The position numbers were made by a program, and so were the translations under genes. Of a stretch of 64,000 nucleotides of DNA, positions 1 to 11,804 are shown piece after piece (within the stretch, counting starts at the first letter, position 1; the number at the start of each line of letters is the position of its first letter). Below the pieces are notes generated by a model that saw only the letters and a list, made by a program, of their open reading frames with translations, made no database searches and was not told the origin of the DNA. The DNA lies in the NCBI GenBank assembly GCA_026025795.1, contig JAPEUG010000041.1, forward strand, positions 1 to 64,000, in the 5' to 3' direction. Origin of the DNA: Thelocarpon superellum (taxonomy: Eukaryota).

Positions 1-1094
1 GATCGCCTCACCGCCAGACGCATGCCCTCTAAGCGTGCATGAGGAGATGAGCATGGAGCTGCAGGGCGACCAAAGCTTCGAGTCAACAATGCACGGTTCA
101 AGCCACCAGCATCATCAGGGGGCATGATGCTCGTACTCGTACTCGCAGTCGTAGTCGTAGTCGTACTCGTACCAATGCTCGGTACTTTGTTCACCAGCCG
201 GCTACCTCTTGACCCAGGTGGATCAACAAAGATCGCCTAGTGCTCGTGCTCAGACGATGCTTCCACGATAAGACGATGCTTCCCGATACCTCGCTGGCTC
301 CATACTCGACGGCCAAGGCTACCTACTGACGCACCCCGGTTAATCCACTGGAGATGGGTGGTCTATTCTACGGAAGCTATCCGTCGTTCTAATATACAGC
401 TATTGTGGGTCACGTGAGGCGGCTTACTCAGAAGCCTCAAGCTCCCGTATGGAGCCTCCACACTAATGTTACCCATGAAGTGCCGACTACAAGCGAGAAC
501 GAGACGATGGACACGAGGAGCTCGTCACCCACGCGCCGGGTCAGCGCGCACGTGCAGATCGTCCTGCCACACAGTACGCATGTTACCATCCGGGCAATAT
601 CCATGTTCAAAGACAGTACCGGCGTGTGCCTCTGCAGTCAATTCCAGCTCTATTACGGGGTATCAACGCCAGCAGCTATTTCCGTCCGCTCCCCTCATGG
701 TCTTCGCTCCGGCCTTTCCGTCCTGGCCGCCACAGCTTATTGCTTGTCACAAGCCGAGACTGGTCCCCTCGCTGGTCTTCCGGTGTGTTGAGAGAGTAAA
801 GGAAAAGAAAAAGCCGGAGACGGGAGGATGTTGGTGAATATGTGTCAGGCTGGAGCCATACTAGAAATGAAATTGATGACGGCAATTGATTGGCCCGGCG
901 GAGTTTTGTGATGAGAGCCGTTGCGCATCCAACGCGAGTCGACTTCACGTCGTCTCACGCAGGAGCTGATCAGAGCTTAGTTTGTGGATCCGTGAGGGCA
1001 GTTGGGGTCGACCAAGCAGGGATGGTGGTCGACACGACGTTAGTAGCGCCTAGGCGAGCGGCTGGTCTTTCTCACCACGCCCGGCTCGATGCCA

Positions 1095-4000
1095 TTAGAA
1101 TTTGGGCCGGTCAGCTTCTTCATCGATCAGCCCGCACAATGCGGCCCCACATTCGCCCTCGATCTCTTGACCATCGCGACCGATCAGCACCGCCTGATAC
1201 TCGTTGAAGGCATTCTTGAGATGCCCGACACGTGAGAATCGTGTCTCCGCCAGCGTGATCCAGCGGATGCGAAAGGCACCCGACGATCGCCAGTGCAGTC
1301 CCTTGGCCCACGACGGCGGTGCCGCCGTGCCCGGAGCCGACTCCATCCGTGCCTAGAGTGGCCCATCAGTCGCCCGTCAACAGCGGGCAGCGGCGGGAAC
1401 ACGTACGTAGCCTTGGAATGCCATGCTCTTGTTGATGGAAAAGAGCAAAATCACATTGCGACACCTCTGAAAGGCGTCCGCGAGCATCTCCTCATTCTTC
1501 TCCTGCGTCACCCACACATTCTGACAAGTGCGTCAGCCACGTCGGCATCGCCATCCCACACCGGACCCCCTCCACTCACCTCCTCTTCCGCCTTCTCCAC
1601 GTTAGAATAGTTGAAGCTCTTGACGATGAAGAATCGGGTGTCTATGCTCGTCAGTCGCAGTCGCCCCGGACGGCTCCGCGTGACTCGGTGACCACCAACC
1701 TCGGTACAGGTCGAGCCGCTCCCCTCCATGATCTTGCCGGCCGTATCGAGGTCCACGGTAGGGAACCGGTCGTGAGTCGCCGCGATGTGGAAAGGATCCG
1801 CCGCGACCACGACCACGGGTCGGCTGGCTCGAAGATCGATGAGGCTCGCTCCCGAACCGATCGTTCACGTATCGTTCATTCCCGAACCGCTCGTTCCCGT
1901 GATGGGAATCGGGCCCGCCATAGCCGTCGTCGTAAGGCCGCTGACGCACATAGTTCTTGTAATTGTTTCCACCCGGGCCCCCCTGCGGTCGAGCCGGGCC
2001 GCGTTCGCCGCCTTCATATCCTCCACGTTGAGGCGAAGATGACGGACTCACCTGTTCTGGCCCTGCCTGGGACCGAAGCCGGTCGCCCAGCGCGTCCCGG
2101 GAGCTGCCCTCGAGCTCCGCCTGGCCGTCGCCTCGCGGGGCCGGACTGAGGCTGCGGCTTCTATCAGGCGCTTGACGTGTGAGAACCGGGTCGCTCCGAT
2201 CATGGAATGAGGCCCGACGCGGAGAGCGAGTCATGTCCATGACGTCCAGCGACCTCATCGCCGCGTCCTCGCCACGACGCTCGTGTGTGCTATTGCTGGG
2301 CCGGACCACGCGCATGTGGCCGCCCGGGGACACGTTCTCTCTGGGAGAGCCTTCAGCGGCGCTCCCGGTCGAATCACCCGGGCGGCCTTGCTCCACCCGC
2401 AGGACCTTGGCCGATGGACGGGGAAGATCAAGGTCTTCATTACGTTCATGCGGACGCTTTAGGTAGCCTTGGTTCGCGTGCGCGGTGGAGATGGTCTGCG
2501 TCGGGCGATGATAGCCACTGCGTTCTCCCTGGCTCCGTGCTGGGGGTGAGTCGTCGCTTCCGTCGGAACGAGCTGCTACCATGTCGGGGCTGGTCTCCAG
2601 AGGACCTAATGCTCGTCGAACCAGGCGCACCGGCACGGGCGGCGGTGGCATGGCGAAGACCGAGCTCGCGCGACTCGTCCGTGCCAGCGGGGTCGTCCCC
2701 GACATTTCCACGTCGAAATCATCCCGTGGCGCCATGGACGATGTACGTGCATAGTAGATGCGCTGTTCCTGTGCTTGTTGCGCCTCACGAGCCAGTTCGG
2801 CTTCTTCCCGGGCCAGCTCGGCTTTGGCCACTTCGATGGCCATCTTCTTGCGATGGCGCTGCAGGGTTTCCGTGCGATAGTGACGATCATAATAGCCTGT
2901 CATCTCCAACCATTCTTCAAGTTCAGCGTGGGACCCGGGCCCCAAGTTGGCTCGAGCCACGTGTGCCCCGTCGTCCACGTAGCGGCGCTCAATAGAAGGG
3001 TACGATCGCGACGAGTGCTGCGGCGCCTCGTTATCGTAAATCTCAATCACCTGGCGTGCTTCTGAGGGGCGACGGGAGGAATCATGGTGATTGGGATCAA
3101 CGCGGAGTCGAGGTCGACCTTGATTTTCGACCATGATCACCTCCTCGTACATCCGCGCCGCAGGCTCTGGCAAGATCTCCAGCGTCCGGGACGGACGTCG
3201 CTCCGACACAGTCCCAGGGTCGTGGGCGGAACGTGAAACGCCGCTGGCGCCACGGCCCGGCTGGCTAAGCGACCGCGTGGATGATTTCCGCACCTGAACC
3301 GCCTCCTGGTCCTTGGCGCTTTCATTCCTCGTGCTAGGCTGTTGGAAATTCACTTGAGGCCGCACGTGGCTGGTTGGCTCTTGTGACAACGGGGAGATGT
3401 CCTGCGCGATGTCGGCTGCTTCGGTGCGGACCGCCCGGCCGCGACGCTCGTCCACCTCCGACGGTCGCCGGGCGCGGGATGGTAAGCTGCGTTCATCACG
3501 GAGCTCGCCCTGCTCAGAAGCCAGAGACGAGGAGGTGCTTCGATTCAGTACCGGCCGTGCAGTTTGTGCCGGGTTCTCCGAGGCCTTGGCCGCCCCGCGG
3601 GTCTTGGTAGGCGATCGATCCTGCGGCGTTTTGGCGGGGGATTGGCGGGGCTTCTCTCCACTCACATGACGGTCCGCAAGAGCTTTCCCTTCCGCAAGCA
3701 GTCCATCGATATCCGTGCTGGAATCCTTCCGCCCTGTCGGGCGCTGCGACGAGGAGAGCGCTCGCTCATGCCCATCGCTGGTCGATTCTGGGCGCGAGGT
3801 TGGCCCGACTTTGCTCTGGCTGCTCTCCTTGTTCGGGGTACTTGAGTTCTCGGCCCTCGTTCGTTCGATACTGGCCTTGACCTTGGCCTTGAGAGTGTTC
3901 AGATCGGCAGGGTTTTCGACCCCCGCGGGCCGATGCGGCTTCAGCGGTCCTTGAGTGCCCGACGTCGGTCCTCCCGTCATAGTATTTGACGTGCTGCCAG

Positions 4001-4424
4001 TCCGAGTGGCGGACGTCGTCGGCCATATGGTAGGGTTCCGCGGCTGTTGCGAGACCGCATGTTCGTGCTATCTTCCTTTAGCGGCACCTCAAGATAGCGG
4101 GAGAGACCGGCCTAGGAAGGAGCTCACCGTGCCGTCCAAGCCAAATGGCGGAGGATCAGGAGCTCGACTGTCGTCGGGGGGGGGCCCATTCAGTTCTACC
4201 GTTCCGTTGTTCTTACCGTCACCGACCGTGTTCTCCCCGTTCGTGGGACGGCCGTTGGTCGTAGGCAAAAACGGGGATTGATCCATGTAGACTGGTTCCT
4301 GGAAGATCCCCATGGCGTGATTCGGATGCATATAGTGCTCTGGCGCATGGCCTTGATGCCATGGGAGGGCGGATTCCATCATCTCCGGCGCGTAGGACTG
4401 TTCGGGTGGCCACGATCCTTGCAT
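1095..4424 (-). CDS. YTH-domain (YT521-B-like) RNA-binding protein with long disordered N-terminus; exons 4424-4128, 4043-1700, 1641-1580, 1520-1407, 1352-1095
   Basis: Spliced C-terminus reads DTRFFIVKSFNYSNVEKAEEE|NVWVTQEKNEEMLADAFQRCRNVILLFSINKSMAFQGY|ARMES...SWAKG..FRIRWI...HLKNAFNEYQAVLIGRDGQEIE, the YTH signature. All four introns are GT..AG and preserve frame. Confidence 0.9.
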
Positions 4425-5856
4425 GTTCACGGTGGTGAAGATAGGAAGATTAGGGTAGCAGTGTCACGTCTGAAGTGATTGTGAAAGTCGACGACCTGAC
4501 TGGAACAGCGGCGCCGAAGCCGGAGCCGCTGAGGAAGATCAATGATCGAATAAGCAGCACACGGTCGAGTGAGTAGGATCAGGTTTTGGGGATGGGGGTG
4601 ATGAAGGCAGGAAGAGAAGAGGACGTGCAGCAGGAAAAGGTGGAGGAAAATTCGCCGGGCCTTGGGCGTCTGTGTTTTGGAGCGGAGGCCGGGGCACGCG
4701 CGTCTCTGCCTGAATGTGGTGCCACAAGCTGAGAGGTGGACGAACAAGTGGAAGGCAGATCGGTGGGACGAGAGACGATAGGCTCACGACAATGTCATGG
4801 GACGAGACCACGGCAATCGTCGTCAGCGCTGCGGAAACGGACGTCACATCCCGGTGGGAAGAGTATGGCGGGAGAAAGCAAGTGCAGCGGAGGGTAGTGG
4901 TGGGTGAGCTGGGCAGTGGCAAAGGAGGGAGACCAGGTGAGGGAAGAGAGGAAGGACTGGTCATGATGCTGTTCGTAGCAGTGGACCCACGGTGATCCCA
5001 GCACCTGCTGGTCCAAGCGACAATTCACGCCGGAGCTTACGACTACGGAGAAAGTGAAACGCCTGACTTGGGCGCATCTCCGGCTCTGTTACGGCGTTGA
5101 ATGAAAATCGGTGATTGGCCCTGGGTCAAACGTGGCGTACGGCTTGGGCCAGTTCGCCCGGGCATTGGCCAGCCGGGGATCAGAGATCCCGCAGCCGAGA
5201 TTGTTACCCGTCACTTTCGCGACCGTCGACTTTTGCTGGCGTCTGTCGGTCGGATTTTTCACGGAACATCATCAACTGTCGCGGCTGGTCTCCGCCCGCC
5301 CAAAGACTCCCTGACGACCATGTCAAAGTATGGTGACTTCCCTGATATTGAATCAATCACTCCGTGACCACGGTAAGATTCGGGTATTCCTCAGCATCCG
5401 TCGTCACACAGTGACACCATCTGAGACGAATCAACGTGTTTGGGGCACTAGGATGAGCACTCATCCAGCGATTTGGATCGATTGGTCCCACCGACCAGAC
5501 GCGTCGTCGGAAGGTCTACGCGAGAAGTGCTGCTACTCCTATCGCAAGGGTGATTTTGATGATGAATGAGGGCTGCCAGACTGACGCGAGGAGAGCCGGG
5601 ATGCCATGGCGCCGGAGTTGTATTGCAGTGTTCCATGTCCCATGAATGACCATAACGGGTTCATCGCCGCCCGCTCTTCACGCCATATGCCGACTGCCAC
5701 CTGCGAGGTGGCGCCGGTCTCCCGAAACTCCGGTTACCCATCGCCAAAGCGAGACCACGCCCAGTAGATGCCCTGCCTGAAACCTCTTTCCTTGTCTCCC
5801 ATGCTGTGTGACCGCCCATAGGCGCCATGAGCCACTGCCGGAGGAGGAAAGAATGA

Positions 5857-7608
5857 CTATGTAGTGCCTGATTGGTGCCGGACGAGAAGCAGAAGGTCCT
5901 TGACCTTGCCCCAACGCTTCTTAAGAGTCTGTACGCCTCCTCCATGCCGGTCCGGTCGATCGGTGTCATCACGCTCCTCTCCCGCCAGTGATAGCGAATA
6001 TGGCGGCGTCCCCGGTTCCACGAAGAACTGCCGACCGTCGGCGCTGGGGTCGGCCTCGAGCGTACCCTCGATCGGGATCGGGGTGCGGACCGGCGCCTTG
6101 TCATCTGCTTGGTCGCTCTCGTCACCATCCGCGATAGTGGGCGGATAAACCACCTGGCTCACGCGTCGGCCAACACGTGGGCGGTGGACCACAGCTGGCC
6201 CAAAGGCGCTGGTCCGCCGTGGCGGGTTCGCCAGCTTCGGGATCGTGCGCAGGTTGGCGTTGCCGTCGCGTAGCGGCGCCTCAGATGCATGGCCCGACGC
6301 GCCACTCGATCGCCGCGACCGTCCGCTTGACTGGCGGGCCGAGGACGCGAGACTTGGAGCGTCAAGGCTCAGCGCGCGGGTGTGTTTGAGGTCTGGTAGC
6401 GGCATGGACACCGAGCGGCGCCCACTCGCCGGCTGCACCACCGCTGAGACGCTGGCCGCATGGACTGACCGCCAATCGTCGTACTTGAAATTCTCCGACC
6501 AACCTTCGCGGAAGGCCACCCAGATTCCCGTGATCAGGATCAGCGTGCGCAGCGCATCGTCCATCGGACGTCGTAGCGGCTGAGGCACCTCGACGAAGGG
6601 GCTAGCAAAGGGGTCCACGCTCGGGGAGGTTGGGGATTCTGCCGTGGTGGCAGGTGAGGCCTCCGGGTAGTAGTCCACCACGTCAATGGTGCTGCGTGTC
6701 ATGGTGGCGATGATCGGGTGGCGGCGCGAGGCCGGGTTGATGATGCTGAAGCCTAGACGGCCCTGTTCTTTGGCCGCTCCCGGTACCTTTTCTACCTTAT
6801 GCGGCCGGGGATACACGGCGGGTGAGCGCGGCACCCAACGGACGGTGGTGCGCACCCCATGCTCCCCGACCGCCACGAATTGGTAGCCGCCCGTGGCGAG
6901 CGACGTGGCTTCCCATAGCGGTCCATCGCTCAGACAGATCTCCGCCTTGGCCTGCAGGTGGCCCTCGGAGCGCAGCGGACAGATGGTGGCCACCACATGT
7001 CGAGATTCCTCTCCGTCCTCTTCGGCCTGGTCGACCGCGTTGGCCTGCGCACAGTACTCCTCACTGTCCACCACTACCAGGTCATTCGGACCGAGACCAT
7101 CCTTGCCCCGGAAGATTTTGGGAAATGTCCGTGCGAGCTTGGGTGCGAAGATGGTCGAGGGTAAGACGTCGAGGGTGGGATTGGGCCGGCCGGCGGAGGA
7201 GAGCCGCTGTAGCTGCAGCAAGAGCCGGGGTCGGATGTGGAGACGCTGACGGTGGATGACAGAAGGTGGAGGATGGGCGAGCTGAAAGGACGTGCGAGAC
7301 CGAGTGGGCGACTTTCGCACTGATACGTCCGTCGTCGACGAGCCCGTACCTGCGACGGAGGCCGTCCGTGGCGCCATGCCGTTGCTGCTCCCCTCGGTTT
7401 CATGGTCTGCGAACGGCATCGTCGCCGCAGGAGCGGCGTCCGCGCCGAAGGACTCGTCCACGCTCAGCTCCGCCGCCGGCCATGAGACGGGTCGGGGAAG
7501 CGATGGGCGTGCATAGGCGCCACTGGGTCGGGGACTGGAGCGCGGCGAGGAATATTCGTGACGATGGGCCGCGGCCACATGTGCGGGCATGCCGAGCGTG
7601 AAGAACAT
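5857..7608 (-). CDS. Hypothetical protein (~580 aa), single exon; start ATG uncertain (7608 or 7590)
   Basis: Long ORF with a globular-looking core (SFQLAHPPP..RPRLLLQLQ..LDVLPS; FSIINPASRRHPIIATM; LILITGIWVAFREGW) that resembles an uncharacterised Pezizomycotina family from memory. No function recognised. Confidence 0.7.
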   Translation of the reverse strand: MFFTLGMPAHVAAAHRHEYSSPRSSPRPSGAYARPSLPRPVSWPAAELSVDESFGADAAPAATMPFADHETEGSSNGMAPRTASVAGTGSSTTDVSVRKSPTRSRTSFQLAHPPPSVIHRQRLHIRPRLLLQLQRLSSAGRPNPTLDVLPSTIFAPKLARTFPKIFRGKDGLGPNDLVVVDSEEYCAQANAVDQAEEDGEESRHVVATICPLRSEGHLQAKAEICLSDGPLWEATSLATGGYQFVAVGEHGVRTTVRWVPRSPAVYPRPHKVEKVPGAAKEQGRLGFSIINPASRRHPIIATMTRSTIDVVDYYPEASPATTAESPTSPSVDPFASPFVEVPQPLRRPMDDALRTLILITGIWVAFREGWSENFKYDDWRSVHAASVSAVVQPASGRRSVSMPLPDLKHTRALSLDAPSLASSARQSSGRSRRSSGASGHASEAPLRDGNANLRTIPKLANPPRRTSAFGPAVVHRPRVGRRVSQVVYPPTIADGDESDQADDKAPVRTPIPIEGTLEADPSADGRQFFVEPGTPPYSLSLAGEERDDTDRPDRHGGGVQTLKKRWGKVKDLLLLVRHQSGTT

Positions 7609-9440
7609 GGCGTGGGACAAAAGAGGGCGAGGAAGGGGCGGAAGGGCAGGCGGAAGGTAACAAGCGGAGGCAGTCTGTTCCGCCCACGAGAAAAAGAAGT
7701 CGAAGGTCCCACCGTGAGCAATCGACTCAGATCGGGTTGCGGGTAAGTCTGGGGTCCGTTGTCCGTCCACCGTCAACCCTGGTGGGGGCCAACGCTGGCG
7801 GGAAGGAAAGGTCTGTTACGACCAGGCCAATGGTCGGGCGAGGGATAATGCCAGGGAAGAAGTCGTGAGGCAAGCACCACTCATGGACGCAGCCGCGGCC
7901 ACGGCGGGCTGCCGGCCACAATTCGTGTAACACGCTCGGCCTCGGGGCCAACAACGGAGCCGAGCGACCAGAGCCGCCGTGGCATGCACCGATGATGCAC
8001 GATGAGTGCTGACTCGGATCGCTTGGAAGATGTGGGGAGCAGCTGGATCACGGTAAGGATTACTCCGAACGCGTGATCATCCGCGGAGCCTCGTCGCCTC
8101 ACCAGCGTCCGCCGTAATTACAGATGCGAGGCATTTCAGAGGTCGTCGGCGGATCGCTGTCAGCGTGTGAGGCTCAGCGTCGCCATCATTGCCAGCTTTA
8201 GAACGGTCCGACGGGGAAATAAGAGGTGGAAAAGCAGAGAGCTACTGGGGAATCGCCTGTCAGGCTGGTGGCTTGCTCAAAGGCCGCTGCGGAGCCACAG
8301 CTGGGCCGCCTCCGTCCGACCCTCCTCGTCGACGGTCATTACGAGGTGCCTTTCGACGCCATTACGAGGGGTACGGACACGAAACGGCCTCGTCCTTCGG
8401 CTGACAGTCAGGCCGGTCGCAGCACTCGACCATCGGCTCGGCGCCGGGCACTGGAACGCGATTGGGCCGACCGCTGGAAGTGGTTAAGTTCTGCTGACTC
8501 ACGCGTTAGCGGCTGCCCAGACGCGGTAAGGCTGACCCCCCCTTCAGCGCGACCAAGGTTCTCCGCGTCCTCTAGTGCCTCATGCTTTGGACCCAATCTC
8601 ACGCAGCGATGACACGAGGCGAGGGGGCCATTTCTTGATGCTGGGAACACGGCAGCTCCAGCTCCCCGGAGGAGTATTGAGTAACCCAGCTGTACAAGTT
8701 ACCGAGGACGAGTTCGGCCAGAAAGAAGCCTCTCAGCTCGCGGGCCTGGGCAAGAATGTGTTACAGGCCGGCCATTCAGACCTTTGGTAACACGGATCAC
8801 GACTGCGGAGTACTTGCATGTACTGGTCACGCTGCACTCCTCTACGAGTTCTTCGCTTGGTGACCCGCCACCTACAAGAAGGGGTCTTCCCACCAAGACG
8901 GCCCAGGTTGGGTAGTCGTGTGCCTGCAAGGCGCACGACGCAAGGGTGGATGAAATGGAGCATTCACCAGTCGCTACGATATTGTTCGACTCCTGGCGTT
9001 TAATCTAGAGAGACTTCTGTATAAGCATTTCCCTCTTGCTGGAGATGGGCTCCATCCTTGTTCCTCCGCGTCTGCAGAGCATAGCTCGTAGGAGTTCGTG
9101 CGAAAGCCGAGCACATCTCGCTTGTTCCTGAGCAGGCGGGATGAACCAGTCGCGTCGAAATGGTCTTCGGTACTTTGTCCAGCCATCTCCGTTTCGACGG
9201 TAGGCGAAAGGAAGGCGAAACGCGTATTTCGTTACGGAACTCAGGAGAAAGAGAGTAGGCGTCGTGCATGATCGTCGGAACCCACCCTCGCCCACGCGAG
9301 ATAAGCCACATCGGAGCAAGCCACGACGAACCGAGGTTAGTGGCCGCGGCCAACGCTCAGGGTCTTGGCCGCGAAGGACTGGAGTCGAAGAAAGAACGAG
9401 AGATGTGGCGGTGACGTCGGTCTCCTGCATCAGGCCAAGC

Positions 9441-10969
9441 ATGTCGCGGTCGGGGCCCCAGTGGGACCTCCGCACCCGTCCAGTCGTGACCCTCGTCGGC
9501 TGCTTCATTCTGTGGAAGTCGCTGCTGCTCCTTGTGGCCTACGCGGCTCCCGGGTCGGGCTACGATTCCTCCACGACATTGGTCTCCCACGCCAGGCCGC
9601 CAGCGGAGGAGGTCGAACTGGCTCATTCTACCTGCTGTGGCTTGACGACCTTGGGAGAGAAGCTTACCCGATGGGACGCCATCTATTTCATCGCCGTCGC
9701 ACAACGCGGCTATCGGTATGAGCAGGAATGGGCATTTGGATGGGGCTTTACCACGATGCTGGCCATACTCTCGCGAGGTATGTGGGCCTCTACCGCTAAT
9801 GGAGACAACTGCTGATCAGAAAGGCTGGCGTCTGGCCCGCGTCAAGCTCTGGTCCGGGCAGGAGGCGCTTGACGGGACCGAGGCAGCGATCGTGGTTGGC
9901 ATCTGGCTCGCCCATGCTGCACACTTGGTCTCCGTGCTGCTTCTCTATAAGCTCTCTCAGGTGGTGATTGAGCCCTCGCTGGGCCCGCTCGTGCCGCTGG
10001 TCGCCGCCCTGCTTCACATCATCTCGCCCGCGGGCGTATTCTTGTCTGCCCCATATACCGAATCTCTCTATTCTTGCCTGAGCTTCCTTGGCTACCTCTT
10101 CTACGCGTGGAGCCTCCAGGCGCATCAAGCCCGGCAAGGGCTTCGCCGAGACGTAAGCGTTCTCATGGCGGGGCTGATATTTGGCCTGGCGACGACGATC
10201 CGCAGCAATGGTCTGTTTAACGGCCTTCCTTTACTCTACGACGCCCTTTGGATCTTGTGGCGTGTGGCGCATCTCCAGTCCGTTGAGTTCGCCCGGCTGG
10301 CGACGCTGGGCGTGAGTGGTGCGCTCGTGGCCGCGGGCTTTGTAGTACCGCAATGGCTTGCGTACGACGTATACTGCATCGGCTGGTCCCAGACATCAGC
10401 GTCATTTCCGCCCTGGTGCACCAGGCTTCTTCCGAGCATCTACACGTGGGTGCAGGATCATTACTGGTAAGCAGCTCGTCGACCCGGGTGCGAGGCGTGG
10501 AGATGCTCATGCGACTTGAGGCCACAGGCACGTGGGATTCCTCCGATACTGGACCATGGGTAATCTTCCGTTGTTTGTGCTGGCTGCGCCCATGCTGGCC
10601 ATCATGTCAGTTGTGGCGATGCGAGGCATCCAGGGTACGCTGTTGAGCGCAATGGCAACATCATGGGATTTACCAAGCTCCACGGGAAGCCCCGCTCGTC
10701 GCGTCTCCCGCGATATCCTCCGACGCTTATCCATGCCGCAGCTCCTGGTGGCTGCGTTGGCGCTCACGAGCTTCCACGTCCAGGTCATCACTCGCTTGTC
10801 CTCGGGCTATCCGGTCTGGTATTGGTGGCTGGCTTCCGCTGTGTGCACCCGGCAGCGCATCAAGGTTGGCGGGTGGGAGTGGGATATTTCGAAATGGACG
10901 GTGCGGTGGATGGTCATGTATGCGGTCGTCCAAGGAGGCCTCTTTGCTTCATTTCTTCCTCCGGCTTAA
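9441..10969 (+). CDS. GPI18: GPI mannosyltransferase 2 (PIG-V/Gpi18); exons 9441-9777, 9824-10466, 10528-10969
   Basis: Motifs LTRWDAIYF..A.RGY.YEQEWAF, SPAGVFLSAPYTESL, RSNG, PSIY.WVQ.HYW|HVGFLRYW, HVQVITRLSSGYP and C-terminal FLPPA; several hydrophobic segments. Confidence 0.93.
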
Positions 10970-11804
10970 ATGATGTAATACGCCACCATACGACCACCAG
11001 GGTAGCATTGTCGGTGCGAGGGCGGTGGCACCGCTGATGCTTCGCGACTGTGCACCTTAGCGTGAGACGTCATGTCTGCGCGTGCTGGCGCTGCCTAGTG
11101 GTGGCGGGCCCCGCCAGGGTTCATGACTGCCAGGCTCCCGGACATGACGAATGCAAAGGACAAGTTGATCGCCCGTGAGCTCAGGGAGAGGGAGATGATT
11201 AGAGCTCGAGATCGCCCGCCCTGGCGCTCGTTCGATCGGGCACTGGTTCATCTGCATGGGAGAACTTGGCCCCACGACGTCGTCCAGGTTGACGTTCCTC
11301 TCGCTACTGCGTTCCATTTGATCAATAAGCACCGCGCACGTAGATGTCGATGCACCGCCAGCCTCGTCGCCCCCCCGCCCACCGACGACAGAAGGCACGA
11401 GCCGTGAGATCCGCGGACCAATCCACGGCACAATTTCTAGACGCGACCAAAGTGGCATAGAGCCGTGGCTTGGAGACAGTCTAGGCTCGTGGGGCATGGG
11501 ATTTCGTCCCTCCTAGGCACCGAAGCTGCGTCGGCGGCCGAGTCCCCGGACCAAGCTCCATTGTCCGGCGTCCAACGTCCGTTCTCTCGAAGCGGCGGCG
11601 ACAGACCCGTTAGCGATAAGACGACCTCCTTATATCCATTGATTGATCGTTTGGAGACCCTCACACTCTCTTTCCTCCCACATCTCCGAACCTCGCTCCG
11701 TGCCATGAGAAGGGAGCGGTGCACCACTAGCCACTCCTCCATCCTCTCGCCACCCCTCTCCGCCCTCCACGTCGCCCGCCGGCCCTCCGGTCTGTCACAA
11801 CGCT

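Noticed and set aside
1..1000. Short ORFs and hexamer/19-mer repeats at the window start
   Set aside because: No supportable gene model; looks intergenic.
8550..9350. Possible decayed gene upstream of GPI18
   Set aside because: Fragments in different frames could not be joined or recognised.
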